NCBI GenBank assembly: GCA_024626585.2
Contig: JANKJI020000004.1
Span: 3,065,336 to 3,092,458, forward strand
Reading direction: 5' to 3'
Length of the DNA stretch: 27,123 nt
DNA from: Ginkgo biloba
Lineage: Eukaryota > Plantae > Ginkgophyta
Positions 1-11,157 of the stretch are shown one piece after another. Position 1 is the stretch's first letter. Each line of letters opens with the position of its first letter. The translations under genes and the position numbers were made by a program. A model generated the notes under the pieces. The model searched no databases. It worked only from the letters and a program-made list of their open reading frames with translations, and had not been told where the DNA came from.

Positions 1-2082
1 GGCTCTGTTCTCTTCCATAAAATTGTGCTCTTTGTTAGAGTGCTATTAAGATGCTCTTACATCAACATGCGACCCTGTTCTTGAAAATTTGATTGTAGTT
101 ACGATAGTTACTTAGGGCATGTTGGTAGGAGCTCCCAGAGAAAGGGCATCTTTCCTTTTACTTTGTTTCCCTTTCGGGGTTGATGGCAATGTGGTTGAAT
201 TCGTATAAGCAATGGAAGGAATGACCTCAAAGCGCTCCACGTCACCGGTTCCACTGAGAGGCAATTCAAAATGGGCCTATGGTGATGTGTGCGGTACTAG
301 GAAGCCAGGAGGGATAACTGATAGAGGCATTAAAGGAATAATGGCCATAAACTCTTTAGGACCTTGGGATGGGCTAGTGCTAGTAGGCAGTTTGTCCACG
401 TCAGGGAGGTTTGGGAGATGTAATATAGTATATGCTTTTCATGCCTCCATTTCTCTCCCTAGAGACCTAGGAGGTCGTCTCTCAGGTTGATTGACGAGGG
501 TAGCTAAGACACATTCACTTAATACAGATGGAATGATCATTCTTGGCCTCCTATCGATTCTTGTTGCCATTACTTCCTTGGCAGATTCAGGAATTTCATC
601 CCTAGTGCTAAGTGATGTGTCACCCAAGAGCCCTGATTGGTCCTCCACTAGCACAACCTCTAAAGCCTTCTTCGTCGGTTTTAATACTTGAGGGAATCAT
701 AAGGATTTGACTCCTGACAGGCAGGGGACATTCTTCTACTAAATGATCCATCCTTAGTTTAATTTAACTCATTTCTTGAGCCAAGAGTTTGAGAGAGAAG
801 ATGGGTGAAATTAATTCTTTGATATTGGATTGAGAGGAACTGATAAACGATAATCTATCCTTGAGAGTTATTTTCGCTTTGTTTACCAAACTTTGAGTTC
901 TCTCCATTAATTGCACATTTTTCATGTGCCCACCAAGGCATGCTTCCCTTTTTAGTAAGACCTGGGATTCTAGTAATAACCTTCTCTACTTCCTTACTCG
1001 GCTTTTGATTTGAGCCTATAACCCTTGAGCACTCATAATAGCCTTCTTCTGATGCCACTTTACCTTAAGCCAAGCGACTATACATTTCTTTTAATTTTGT
1101 GAATTGAGATTCCTCCAATTCTTTGCCCTTTGAGACCTTGTCAATGCTATGTGTTATGTGCTATCTAACGCCCACTGACGTCATTTAAGCCCAATTTGGC
1201 AACCAAATTACTTCATGAATGGGTCAAGACATTCAATGAAACCCAAGACAAGATGACTCACCTATTCTTGAGAACTCTTCCTAGGCAATCCAAGAGTCAC
1301 TCTATCTATCAAGGAGGCGTCAGGACATGAGCAAGTCTTTAACTTCCCTCACTAGTATGCATCAATCAACTCGTACTACCACCAAGAACGAATGAGCCAT
1401 ACTATGATTCGTGTGATCTTCAGAGAATGAGCCACATAATGTCTGAGTTATAAGAAGGTTCATGGGTATGGTGAGACTTCTATAGAAAGACAAGGCTTGA
1501 TCGATGAAAGAACATGAAGGTGGCAATGATTGATTTTTGCGTAGGATGGTGAAATTTGACAGGGGACAATATGAACAATATAAATCACACTCCATGCTTC
1601 AAGACTCACTCATACGAGGGAATGAAATAAGTGGAATTTGAAAGAAATGTGAGGGATTGTAACAGAGGGGCAAGTGTATCTTCATTCTTTTTCTTTTCAG
1701 TGTCAAGGTGTTCCTACCCCCAAGTCCTTACAAGGAGAGGAGGAGGATGAGGAGAGGATTGAATGGGTTCAATCAAGAAGAGAGGGCTTAAAGTGGTAGA
1801 CCAATGAATGATTCTCTTTCCAATTGATGAGCAATCCACCCATTACTTTCCATAAACAAGTCTACATGCCTTGATTTTCTAAGAAGATATATGAAACGAT
1901 TATCATCCTTAGACTATTACAAGAGTCCACCAGAACCTCATAGCAAAGAGAATATGTGGGACATGACTTCGTCATGTTGAGCATGATGTTGGTTGGCTTA
2001 GACCCATGATGTCTTCATGTTCAGCGATCCTTGGGGTCTTCTCTACTATATGATCACCTTCTCATATTTGTAACAAATCCAT
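1..2082. mobile_element. Probable degenerate retrotransposon internal sequence
   Basis: CpG-poor. A Pro/Ser-rich minus-strand frame broken by stops spans about 100-720. No splice structure or core domain recognised. Confidence 0.3.
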
Positions 2083-3267
2083 NNNNNNNNNNNNNNNNNN
2101 NNNNNNNNNNNNNNNNNNNNNNNNNNNNNNNNNNNNNNNNNNNNNNNNNNNNNNNNNNNNNNNNNNNNNNNNNNNNNNNNNNNNNNNNNNNNNNNNNNNN
2201 NNNNNNNNNNNNNNNNNNNNNNNNNNNNNNNNNNNNNNNNNNNNNNNNNNNNNNNNNNNNNNNNNNNNNNNNNNNNNNNNNNNNNNNNNNNNNNNNNNNN
2301 NNNNNNNNNNNNNNNNNNNNNNNNNNNNNNNNNNNNNNNNNNNNNNNNNNNNNNNNNNNNNNNNNNNNNNNNNNNNNNNNNNNNNNNNNNNNNNNNNNNN
2401 NNNNNNNNNNNNNNNNNNNNNNNNNNNNNNNNNNNNNNNNNNNNNNNNNNNNNNNNNNNNNNNNNNNNNNNNNNNNNNNNNNNNNNNNNNNNNNNNNNNN
2501 NNNNNNNNNNNNNNNNNNNNNNNNNNNNNNNNNNNNNNNNNNNNNNNNNNNNNNNNNNNNNNNNNNNNNNNNNNNNNNNNNNNNNNNNNNNNNNNNNNNN
2601 NNNNNNNNNNNNNNNNNNNNNNNNNNNNNNNNNNNNNNNNNNNNNNNNNNNNNNNNNNNNNNNNNNGCATCAATGCATCATTTGTGCGTTACATTAAAAA
2701 GAAATTTAAGACAATAACAACAATCTCTAGGCAAATATGGACAATGCAAAGGCCCAAGATGTTAAATAGGAATTAAAAACAATGCATATGTTGCACTCGT
2801 AATAACACTTACCAAGTTAGTACAACTAACTTCTACCAAATTATATTATAAATTATTTATTTTTAAAATTGCTGTAAATTGTATAAAAGATTATAATTTT
2901 ATAATTTTTTTCTCACTTTTGAAGGCATATTTAACAATTGGCCTTCAATGCTTGTTAGCCACAAGTGCGAAAAACATTGGCATTCACTATGTTGGCACAC
3001 AAAACAGCAATAGGATCTCTTCAATAGTTTCAGACATACTTCAGAAACATGCACATTCACAAATGTAGGTTTCACACAATTCCAGCAAAATCCTTGGAAG
3101 TCGCACAAAAACAGCTATATATAAATGTTGAAGCATTAGCAGGCATTGCGGTGCAATGGCCAATGCTCCTCTGTTGCAATGAGATTTTGCTCCCACTAAT
3201 GTCCTATAGATCAAATACTTCAACACTTTAAGTACTGTGGGTTAAATAAATAAATGCATCAAAACCT

Positions 3268-3657
3268 TCAAGGAGAATTCAAATAATGTATGCTCTCAAA
3301 AGCTCCCCAAATCTCTGCAATTTCTTCGGCAGTAAGAAGAAAAGAATTTGAATTTCTTAAGTTGCACGGTGTTGATCCAGTAGAAAATGAAGGCGTGGAT
3401 CTTGGAGTCGATGAAACCGACTTAATCTTGAACTCAAACGAAGCTTCGGACGATGCATTTTCTGAGCAGTGTGAACGACGACCACCGCCATACTTTGCGT
3501 TGTTGTTCATAAAACAAAGAAGCTCTTCTTCGTCATATTCTGCATTTTCTAGCAAATAAAGTATGTCGGCAGGAGACAATGTTATGTGCTGGTGCGGTTC
3601 GTCAGGAGCCAAATCATTTTTCTGTGGATGTATTGAAGCTGCCGCCGGTGCGAGCTC
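3268..3657 (-). CDS. Putative terminal exon (ELAPAAAS...WGAFESIHYLNSP*), 129 aa
   Basis: U-rich tract ttattgtttgtgttttgaatcgtcccAG|GAG gives a phase-0 acceptor at 3658/3657. Open to TGA at 3268-3270. CpG-rich like the 397-aa ORF. No convincing start codon of its own. Confidence 0.55.
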   Translation of the reverse strand, partial: ELAPAAASIHPQKNDLAPDEPHQHITLSPADILYLLENAEYDEEELLCFMNNNAKYGGGRRSHCSENASSEASFEFKIKSVSSTPRSTPSFSTGSTPCNLRNSNSFLLTAEEIAEIWGAFESIHYLNSP

Positions 3658-4169
3658 CTGGGACGATTCAAAACACAAACAATAAGAGTAAGATTTGCTC
3701 GGAGCAACTAGAGTACTTCGTATCAGTATTAAAAAACCNNNNNNNNNNNNNNNNNNNNNNNNNNNNATTGGAGAAGAAACATCACGCATTACCTCAAAAT
3801 AAAACAATCATGGCCAAAAGTACTTACACTGTAAGAGAGGGCTTAGTATCTTTTCGAATTGATTTTTGTATATTCTTTAGTTTTCTTTTTAAGTTTACAT
3901 TTTATCTGTGAAATTTTATCTTTAGGAATCTTTTATTTGACAGTGTTAAATGCTCCTATGAAAATTTCACTAGATGCTTGATATACCTTCTAACATTTGG
4001 ACTAAATTGCTTACATCTATGTACAATTTCAGCCGATTTTTTCTATTTTCAATGAATGCTGAATAAACTACCCTCTTTTCCGTTTTTGGAGTTTGGAGTG
4101 ATGCTAGAAGGTTCCTATATATATTACACTAAATGCATATATATTTTGAAAGGAAGACGTGAAGAAAAC

Positions 4170-4204
4170 CTTTGGCATCTGGTTTGTTGCGGATGTAGAT
4201 GAAC
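4170..4204 (-). CDS. 3' end of a putative internal exon emerging from the gap (..SSTSATNQMPK)
   Basis: AAG|GTTTTC donor at 4170/4169 is phase 0 in the open frame, matching the phase-0 acceptor at 3657. Only 35 nt are visible. Confidence 0.35.
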
Positions 4205-5240
4205 NNNNNNNNNNNNNNNNNNNNNNNNNNNNNNNNNNNNNNNNNNNNNNNNNNNNNNNNNNNNNNNNNNNNNNNNNNNNNNNNNNNNNNNNNNNNNNNN
4301 NNNNNNNNNNNNNNNNNNNNNNNNNNNNNNNNNNNNNNNNNNNNNNNNNNNNNNNNNNNNNNNNNNNNNNNNNNNNNNNNNNNNNNNNNNNNNNNNNNNN
4401 NNNNNNNNNNNNNNNNNNNNNNNNNNNNNNNNNNNNNNNNNNNNNNNNNNNNNNNNNNNNNNNNNNNNNNNNNNNNNNNNNNNNNNNNNNNNNNNNNNNN
4501 NNNNNNNNNNNNNNNNNNNNNNNNNNNNNNNNNNNNNNNNNNNNNNNNNNNNNNNNNNNNNNNNNNNNNNNNNNNNNNNNNNNNNNNNNNNNNNNNNNNN
4601 NNNNNNNNNNNNNNNNNNNNNNNNNNNNNNNNNNNNNNNNNNNNNNNNNNNNNNNNNNNNNNNNNNNNNNNNNNNNNNNNNNNNNNNNNNNNNNNNNNNN
4701 NNNNNNNNNNNNNNNNNNNNNNNNNNNNNNNNNNNNNNNNNNNNNNNNNNNNNNNNNNNNNNNNNNNNNNNNNNNNNNNNNNNNNNNNNNNNNNNNNNNN
4801 NNNNNNNNNNNNNNNNNNNNNNNNNNNNNNNNNNNNNNNNNNNNNNNNNNNNNNNNNNNNNNNNNNNNNNNNNNNNNNNNNNNNNNNNNNNNNNNNNNNN
4901 NNNNNNNNNNNNNNNNNNNNNNNNNNNNNNNNNNNNNNNNNNNNNNNNNNNNNNNNNNNNNNNNNNNNNNNNNNNNNNNNNNNNNNNNNNNNNNNNNNNN
5001 NNNNNNNNNNNNNNNNNNNNNNNNNNNNNNNNNNNNNNNNNNNNNNNNNNNNNNNNNNNNNNNNNNNNNNNNNNNNNNNNNNNNNNNNNNNNNNNNNNNN
5101 NNNNNNNNNNNNNNNNNNNNNNNNNNNNNNNNNNNNNNNNNNNNNNNNNNNNNNNNNNNNNNNNNNNNNNNNNNNNNNNNNNNNTAGCTAATCAATTAAT
5201 AACATTGGTAAATTTTAGATATGTAAAGGCTTGGCTAATA

Positions 5241-5570
5241 TTAGGTGTGTACAACATCATTGAATAAATGTTGTTTTTCCACACAGTTTTCTGAAGCACA
5301 GAACTCGTTAAATGCTTCGTTTTCTCCATTCATTTCAGTTCCAAACGATGGAACGCGTTTGTGACTACTTGTAGCACTAGGTTTTACAGTTTCCGTCTCT
5401 TCTGTGCAAGAAATTTCATCCGAAGCAGCTTCTTTAGTGGAAACTTTACTCGGGGCCTTCATAGTCGGCACTGCTCTGCACGAGAGCAGTTGATCGCGTA
5501 TAGGCTTGCAATTTCCAGAAATTTCCTTCAAAGCCACTCTCTTCCTTTTCGTCTCTGTCTCATCCATCAT
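5241..5570 (-). CDS. Putative additional exon (or separate small ORF) MMDETETKRKRVALKEISGN..., 3' boundary uncertain
   Basis: Good acceptor tattatttcccttgcAG|ATG at 5571/5570, phase 0. It is in frame with the candidate donor CAG|GTGCAA at 5825/5824 inside the 397-aa ORF. CpG retained and open for 109 codons. No strong donor found before the TAA at 5241-5243. Confidence 0.5.
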   Translation of the reverse strand: MMDETETKRKRVALKEISGNCKPIRDQLLSCRAVPTMKAPSKVSTKEAASDEISCTEETETVKPSATSSHKRVPSFGTEMNGENEAFNEFCASENCVEKQHLFNDVVHT

Positions 5571-5746
5571 CTGCAAGGGAAATAATACCATAGAGATTCA
5601 GCTCCACCTTCCATATTTTACACTGTATTATTTACAAACATTTCCCCTGTATTTTCCTTCGAATAATGTGCACCAAATTGAAGCAGAGATGGTAAAAAAA
5701 ACAAGAAGGTTTTGCAGATACAGATGATAAATTTGGTCTGCCAAAA

Positions 5747-6940
5747 CTACAAAAAGATGAAGCATTCTAAGGAAATTAGAGGATTGTCAAGGTCAATAGG
5801 CTTGAAAGTGGGATCATTTTGCACCTGTGCTGTAGAAAGCTTCTCAGTAGTCTGTCTTTTTGCAGTTTCGCCCTGAGAACCGTCATTGTTTGTCTCCTCG
5901 TCTTTCCTCACAGTGCTTTGGTCGTAGGTCATCTCGTCGTTCAGAGGCCGTCGAAACGGCGACTGCTCTGTTTTCCGGGAAGAGCTTCGGCTTAACGACT
6001 GAGGAAAACTGCATTCATTTGACGCGCAAAGTCTGGGCGCCGGGGATCGAGACCGCGATGTAGACGTGTTTCCAGCACTGAAATCGCCGGAAGCTGCTGT
6101 GCGTTTCACAGGACCCCGTTTTGAAACGACTCTGGCTTCAGAATTAGAAGCGTTTTCCCGACTGGCGATCGAGCTTTGCTTTCCCGGACGAGTTTTCTCC
6201 GCCGACTTTTCGGACCTCCTGCCCGGAGACGGCTCGGCTCTCCGGCCTGGAGAAGGGCTGATTCTCCGCCCTGTAACTCTTTTTCCGCCTTCAGTGCCGC
6301 GGTCCCAGCTTGATGATCTCTTGGTTTCCACCGTTAGATCTCTGCTTGAAGACCTTCTGTGCGACGGCCTAGCGCGATTTTCTTTGGCTTTTTCTGTATC
6401 TACTTCTTCTTCTTTGCATTCTACGGCAAGCCTCTTGGAGCCAGAGTATTGGTTACGGGAATGGGTTTCATTTGAAGCTTTTCCAGAAGAGCTTCGGCTT
6501 AGTCTGCCGCACTGTATAAGGATAGCATCCACATCTTCCTTTGCACTTGAAGATCTCGTCAACGAGCTTCCTCCTTGAACAACCTGGTCCTTTTTGGACT
6601 GGTCCTTTTTAAAAGAACCTTTCTTCTTCAGGCTACTATTATGCTCTGGATTCTTCATACAAGCTCCTTCCTCTGTTGAAGATTTCTCTTTTGCGCCATC
6701 ATCAGCAGATTTGCTGTTGTTATTGTGATTTGTCTTCGAGGTTTCAGAGAGAATCTCTTTGACAGCTTCCTCCTCTGGAGGGGGCTTTTCTTTTGGTGGA
6801 GAAATTTTCAGGGTAGAAAATGCAGGTGTAGTTTGAGACAAGGATGGAGATGATTGAGTACCTTTGGAATCAGGATATGCGTCGGAGGAAGTAGATTGCT
6901 GCAGCTTCTTTGCTTCCTTCTTGCTCATGCAGCTACCCAT
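5747..6940 (-). CDS. Uncharacterized Ser/Arg/Lys-rich, probably N-acylated plant protein, At1g65710-like (397 aa, intronless form)
   Basis: Intact 397-codon ATG..TAG ORF, CpG-rich unlike the flanking TEs. Starts MGSCMSKK. Contains KEDVDAILIQCGRLSRSSSGK, SPGRRSE, RSRSPA and SLSRSSSRKTEQSPFRRPL, which I recall from At1g65710/At5g37010-like proteins. Also has EEEAVKEILSET and the terminal LDNPLISLECFIFL, which I recall from At1g61170-like proteins. Confidence 0.88.
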   Translation of the reverse strand: MGSCMSKKEAKKLQQSTSSDAYPDSKGTQSSPSLSQTTPAFSTLKISPPKEKPPPEEEAVKEILSETSKTNHNNNSKSADDGAKEKSSTEEGACMKNPEHNSSLKKKGSFKKDQSKKDQVVQGGSSLTRSSSAKEDVDAILIQCGRLSRSSSGKASNETHSRNQYSGSKRLAVECKEEEVDTEKAKENRARPSHRRSSSRDLTVETKRSSSWDRGTEGGKRVTGRRISPSPGRRAEPSPGRRSEKSAEKTRPGKQSSIASRENASNSEARVVSKRGPVKRTAASGDFSAGNTSTSRSRSPAPRLCASNECSFPQSLSRSSSRKTEQSPFRRPLNDEMTYDQSTVRKDEETNNDGSQGETAKRQTTEKLSTAQVQNDPTFKPIDLDNPLISLECFIFL

Positions 6941-7049
6941 TGTGTTGGGTTCTCTCTTTTCACTGAAATCTGATGCTGGCAGGGAAGGAGAAATCAGTAA
7001 GGTGGCATGGAATGAAAATGTGCTATCTGTAGGAAATATACTGAAAAAA

Positions 7050-7751
7050 AAGGAGGAGCAGGTTCAAGATATGGTGGAGAAGCTGTGTTCCTCGAGCAAA
7101 CTGAAGGGGCATAAATTTCTTGACATGCTAGAGAAGTTAAAAAATTCTAAAGCAAGAAGAGATGAGGAATTATAGAGTATAGTGAGGGAATTTCTCGAGA
7201 AGAGAAGTGTAAAATATTCTAGTAGGGAAGAGAAGCAATGAGGAGAAGAACCTAAGGACAGGGTTTTAGTTGTTGAGTAGCTTGTGGAGTTCGAAGAGGA
7301 GACTATGAAATATCCCATGAAAGGGACGAATGAAGTGGAACCAGTTGTAGTTCTATGTGAAGAACTGGTTGAGGAGATTCTAAAGGAGCTCGAGCAAGGG
7401 AAAGCTAAGGAGGCACAAGTGGAGGTGCCATGTGAGTTTGAAGAGTAGGTTCTATGCGAACTAGAGATTGAAGAGAATTGGGAAGATGTGGGAGAGATGT
7501 TTCTAGATGAGCCCATAGAGGGGCTAGTGGAAGAAAAGGCATCGGATGATATGTTGTGTGAAGAGCAAGATGGAGTTCCATGTGAGGAGGGTGCAACAAG
7601 CAACATGGAGAAGATGGAGCAAGTGCCTCAAAGAATGAGTGACGAAATTTGGACAAACCGTCCAAGGTAGGTAGACAAACAACCAATAACAAGTGGTCCA
7701 AAGGGAATTGGATGAGCAGACAAAAGGGATGGAGGAGAGATAAGGAGAATG
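7050..7751 (+). mobile_element. Decayed Glu-rich, purine-rich ORF remnant, probably TE-derived
   Basis: Strong purine bias. One frame reads EEL*..VLCEE..VPCEFEE*VLCE..MLCEE..VPCEE, with TAG/TGA stops typical of C-to-T decay. Confidence 0.4.
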
Positions 7752-9104
7752 NNNNNNNNNNNNNNNNNNNNNNNNNNNNNNNNNNNNNNNNNNNNNNNNN
7801 NNNNNNNNNNNNNNNNNNNNNNNNNNNNNNNNNNNNNNNNNNNNNNNNNNNTAGGGCTTTTCCCTTCTTGCAGCATTATCCATAATGTTTACACCATCCT
7901 TTGACTATCGTCTTGTGTCATTAGGCACTTAACATCCAATTTTTCAATGTTATACCTTGTCACTAATGGCCATGCCCTTATTGGACTACATGCTTATGCC
8001 ATAAGAACTCAACATTAGCTTGTCCTTACAAGTCCTCCTCCATTTGATAAGTCTTTAACCTTCTCTTAGCTCTTAGTTGTTATCTATTTCCCTCCATGGG
8101 GTTTCCTTTCACCTAGAGAAACATTTCTCTATGCCTTTTTCCCTTTCAACCATAATCGTTAATGAGTTTATGCATTAATATCATGATCTTGATGGCTAGT
8201 TACGCCAATTTGCCATAACATTAGTTTCTCTTAGAATGTGGAGGACCAATCCACACCTCCAAATCCATAAAACCATGTTTAAAACTGAAAACAAAGTAAA
8301 TCTACAACTAAAAATCACCTTTATTATGCTATCTTCTCCTCCTCAATACTACAATGGGCTTCATCCTTGCATTGTTGAAGCTACTAAGAACTTCTTCTAA
8401 TATGTGGAGACCAATGGATTCATTTTTCATAATTGGACTATGTTTCCAACCCTAGCTCCATAAAGAATATTTTGCGAGTAATCCTTCTAGAATTTTGAGG
8501 AAGAAGTCGGGAAGATTTGAATGCTTCTTTCTCTATGAGGGCCGCAAACCCGAAAAAGGATTGAAATGGAGTGAAGTCTCAAATTCCAAACGAAAGGAGG
8601 GCCCCACTGTGAGCAAGGTCTCTTAAGGACTTGACTTGTTTGGGAGTTCGAGTTTTAGAGAAAACAGAAAGTGCAAATGCCGCATTGTCTCAAAAGGCCC
8701 GAAGAGCCCCAAACCCGAAAAGGGAATGCACGATAGTTGATGATCGAAGAGACTTCGGCATTTTGGTGATTGGGTATTCAAAGGAGGCAACCTTATGTTA
8801 GTCAATTGGAAAAACCTCGAACTGGTGAAATCCCGAACATCTATTTTTCTCGAGAGAGGACCCCACGAACGACCAAAGGTAAGCGAATTGATCTAATACA
8901 ATGTGATGATGGTACAATGGGTATGAGGTCCATAAATAGACGCTCAAAGAATAACCATCTCAGAACTTTCGAAGTTATGATTAGTGACTAATTACATCAT
9001 TAATNNNNNNNNNNNNNNNNNNNNNNNNNNNNNNNNNNNNNNNNNNNNNNNNNNNNNNNNNNNNNNNNNNNNNNNNNNNNNNNNNNNNNNNNNNNNNNNN
9101 NNNN

Positions 9105-9300
9105 GGAGACCATTGGCATCATCTCTTATCGTCCGAATTGTATCTCCACCCTTAACTTCATAATGAATATACAACAACATTGTGCTACTCTAAAATTTTG
9201 AGCATACAGATAAAATATTTTTGACTTCATAAATGACAAGTACAATTCCTTAATAGAACATTCTCCATGTTACACTTCTTTTGTAATGTGCAAACTTTCG
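9105..9300 (-). mobile_element. Possible Ty1/Copia protease to pre-integrase remnant
   Basis: Weak peptide resemblance across frames: KNILSV (cf. KNLLSV) and GDTIRTIRDDANGL (cf. G..VA.G....GLY). Confidence 0.25.
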
Positions 9301-11032
9301 TATTGGTACCCCATCTTCATCACCACTTTTTTCACTATTTGGTCCTTCAAGGGTTTTTCCCCAATCTTCTTTTATTATTCTACATCATATTTAACAAGTA
9401 TACTTAAGAATATGCTCATCTATCATACCAAGTTATTAGAGAGGCTTTTACCCTTCATGCATTTTGAACAAGTGACAATTATCACTTGGAACTTTCTCCC
9501 TTCTTCTCAAAACTACAACTTGCTTTGATTTTGAGATTTGCTTTGGATTTTCCTTACATTAAACTTGCGCTAGATTTTCTTGATGTAGGAAACCCACACT
9601 GTGACTGAGAAACCTGCTTTCAATCTAGAAAAGGTTGTTTCTTAACTCAACAAGAGATTCTACATTTGTGGATTGCAAAGACTAAAGATGCCTTTCACAA
9701 GGCAATATTTGACTAAGAATAATTAAGATTTGTGGACATGCATATTGGTACAATCTTGTTTCCTTGCTACAATTTAGCTCCGTGTGGGAAAACAAACTCA
9801 TACACTTAGGGGGGTCAAAGTATAGACATGTCTTGGAGAAAATGATGCCTTTAGGATATTTGAAAGAATTCAAAGTTAAAATATAATAAATAAATTTAGA
9901 TAAGATGATAAATTTCTTACACATTCTTCAAAAGTTGTGGATGTATGAGTTACTATAGTATCAATGCTAGTTTTGTATGAATAATTACAACCAATAGTTT
10001 AAGACTTGATTACTTAAATATATAGATTGACCTTTGATATTAGTTATAATAAATTACCATGATAAATGGAATTTTAATATGGGATAATTTTATTTCTGTG
10101 ATTATTTGATCCCTAAGAGTGACATAATTATATTTGAGAGTATCTATAAAACTAATTTACTAAGTGTGAAATTTTTCTAAGATATTTTAACATTTGAACA
10201 TCATTCATTCTAACATACCTTATTATCATATGGAATGAACTTATTAAAGGTCCTTGATTTGATCATTGAGAATTAATATGAGTAATAATTAACTTTTCCT
10301 ATCTAATTTTTCTCCTACCAATACATTAAATTAAATTACTCATTATTTTGTAAGGTTTATGAAACTAAGGCCATATGATGCACTTATATTAACAAATGAA
10401 TTATTTGAGTAATTTACTTAATTATAATAAGGATAATTAAATTAATTATCTATCTTGTGATTAGTTCAATTATGCATACCCTACAATCACCATCCATTAG
10501 GATAGATTTTATTTCCTATAANNNNNNNNNNNNNNNNNNNNNNNNNNNNNNNNNNNNNNNNNNNNNNNNNNNNNNNNNNNNNNNNNNNNNNNNNNNNNNN
10601 NNNNNNNNNNNNNNNNNNNNNNNNNNNNNNNNNNNNNNNNNNNNNNNNNNNNNNNNNNNNNNNNNNNNNNNNNNNNNNNNNNNNNNNNNNNNNNNNNNNN
10701 NNNNNNNNNNNNNNNNNNNNNNNNNNNNNNNNNNNNNNNNNNNNNNNNNNNNNNNNNNNNNNNNNNNNNNNNNNNNNNNNNNNNNNNNNNNNNNNNNNNN
10801 NNNNNNNNNNNNNNNNNNNNNNNNNNNNNNNNNNNNNNNNNNNNNNNNNNNNNNNNNNNNNNNNNNNNNNNNNNNNNNNNNNNNNNNNNNNNNNNNNNNN
10901 NNNNNNNNNNNNNNNNNNNNNNNNNNNNNNNNNNNNNNNNNNNNNNNNNNNNNNNNNNNNNNNNNNNNNNNNNNNNNNNNNNNNNNNNNNNNNNNNNNNN
11001 NNNNNNNNNNNNNNNNNNNNNNNNNNNNNNNN

Positions 11033-11157
11033 GAAAATAAGACGAAAATGAAAAATGGAAACGGAATAGAAACGGAAAATAAAAATAGAAACGAGACGAA
11101 ACAAACGATAGAACAAAGTTATACCCATGGCAATTATTTGCCACAGGTAAGGACTAG
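11033..11157 (+). mobile_element. Helitron 3' terminus (hairpin + CTAG) preceded by GAAAC-rich subterminal repeats
   Basis: CCCATGGCAA-TTAT-TTGCCACAGG hairpin (11124-11147), 6-nt spacer, CTAG at 11154-11157, then T. The 5' part is hidden in gap 10522-11032. Confidence 0.65.

Noticed and set aside
5747-5764. C-terminal CFIFL as a CaaX prenylation box
   Set aside because: The Cys is fifth from the end, not fourth.
6066-6578. 170-aa plus-strand ORF (also 3290-3559 and 5860-6063)
   Set aside because: Antisense shadows of GC-richer coding exons, with no recognisable motifs.
7064-7606. 180-aa Ser-rich minus-strand ORF upstream of the 397-aa gene
   Set aside because: Reverse complement of a purine/Glu-rich decayed frame. 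Low complexity and non-ATG start.
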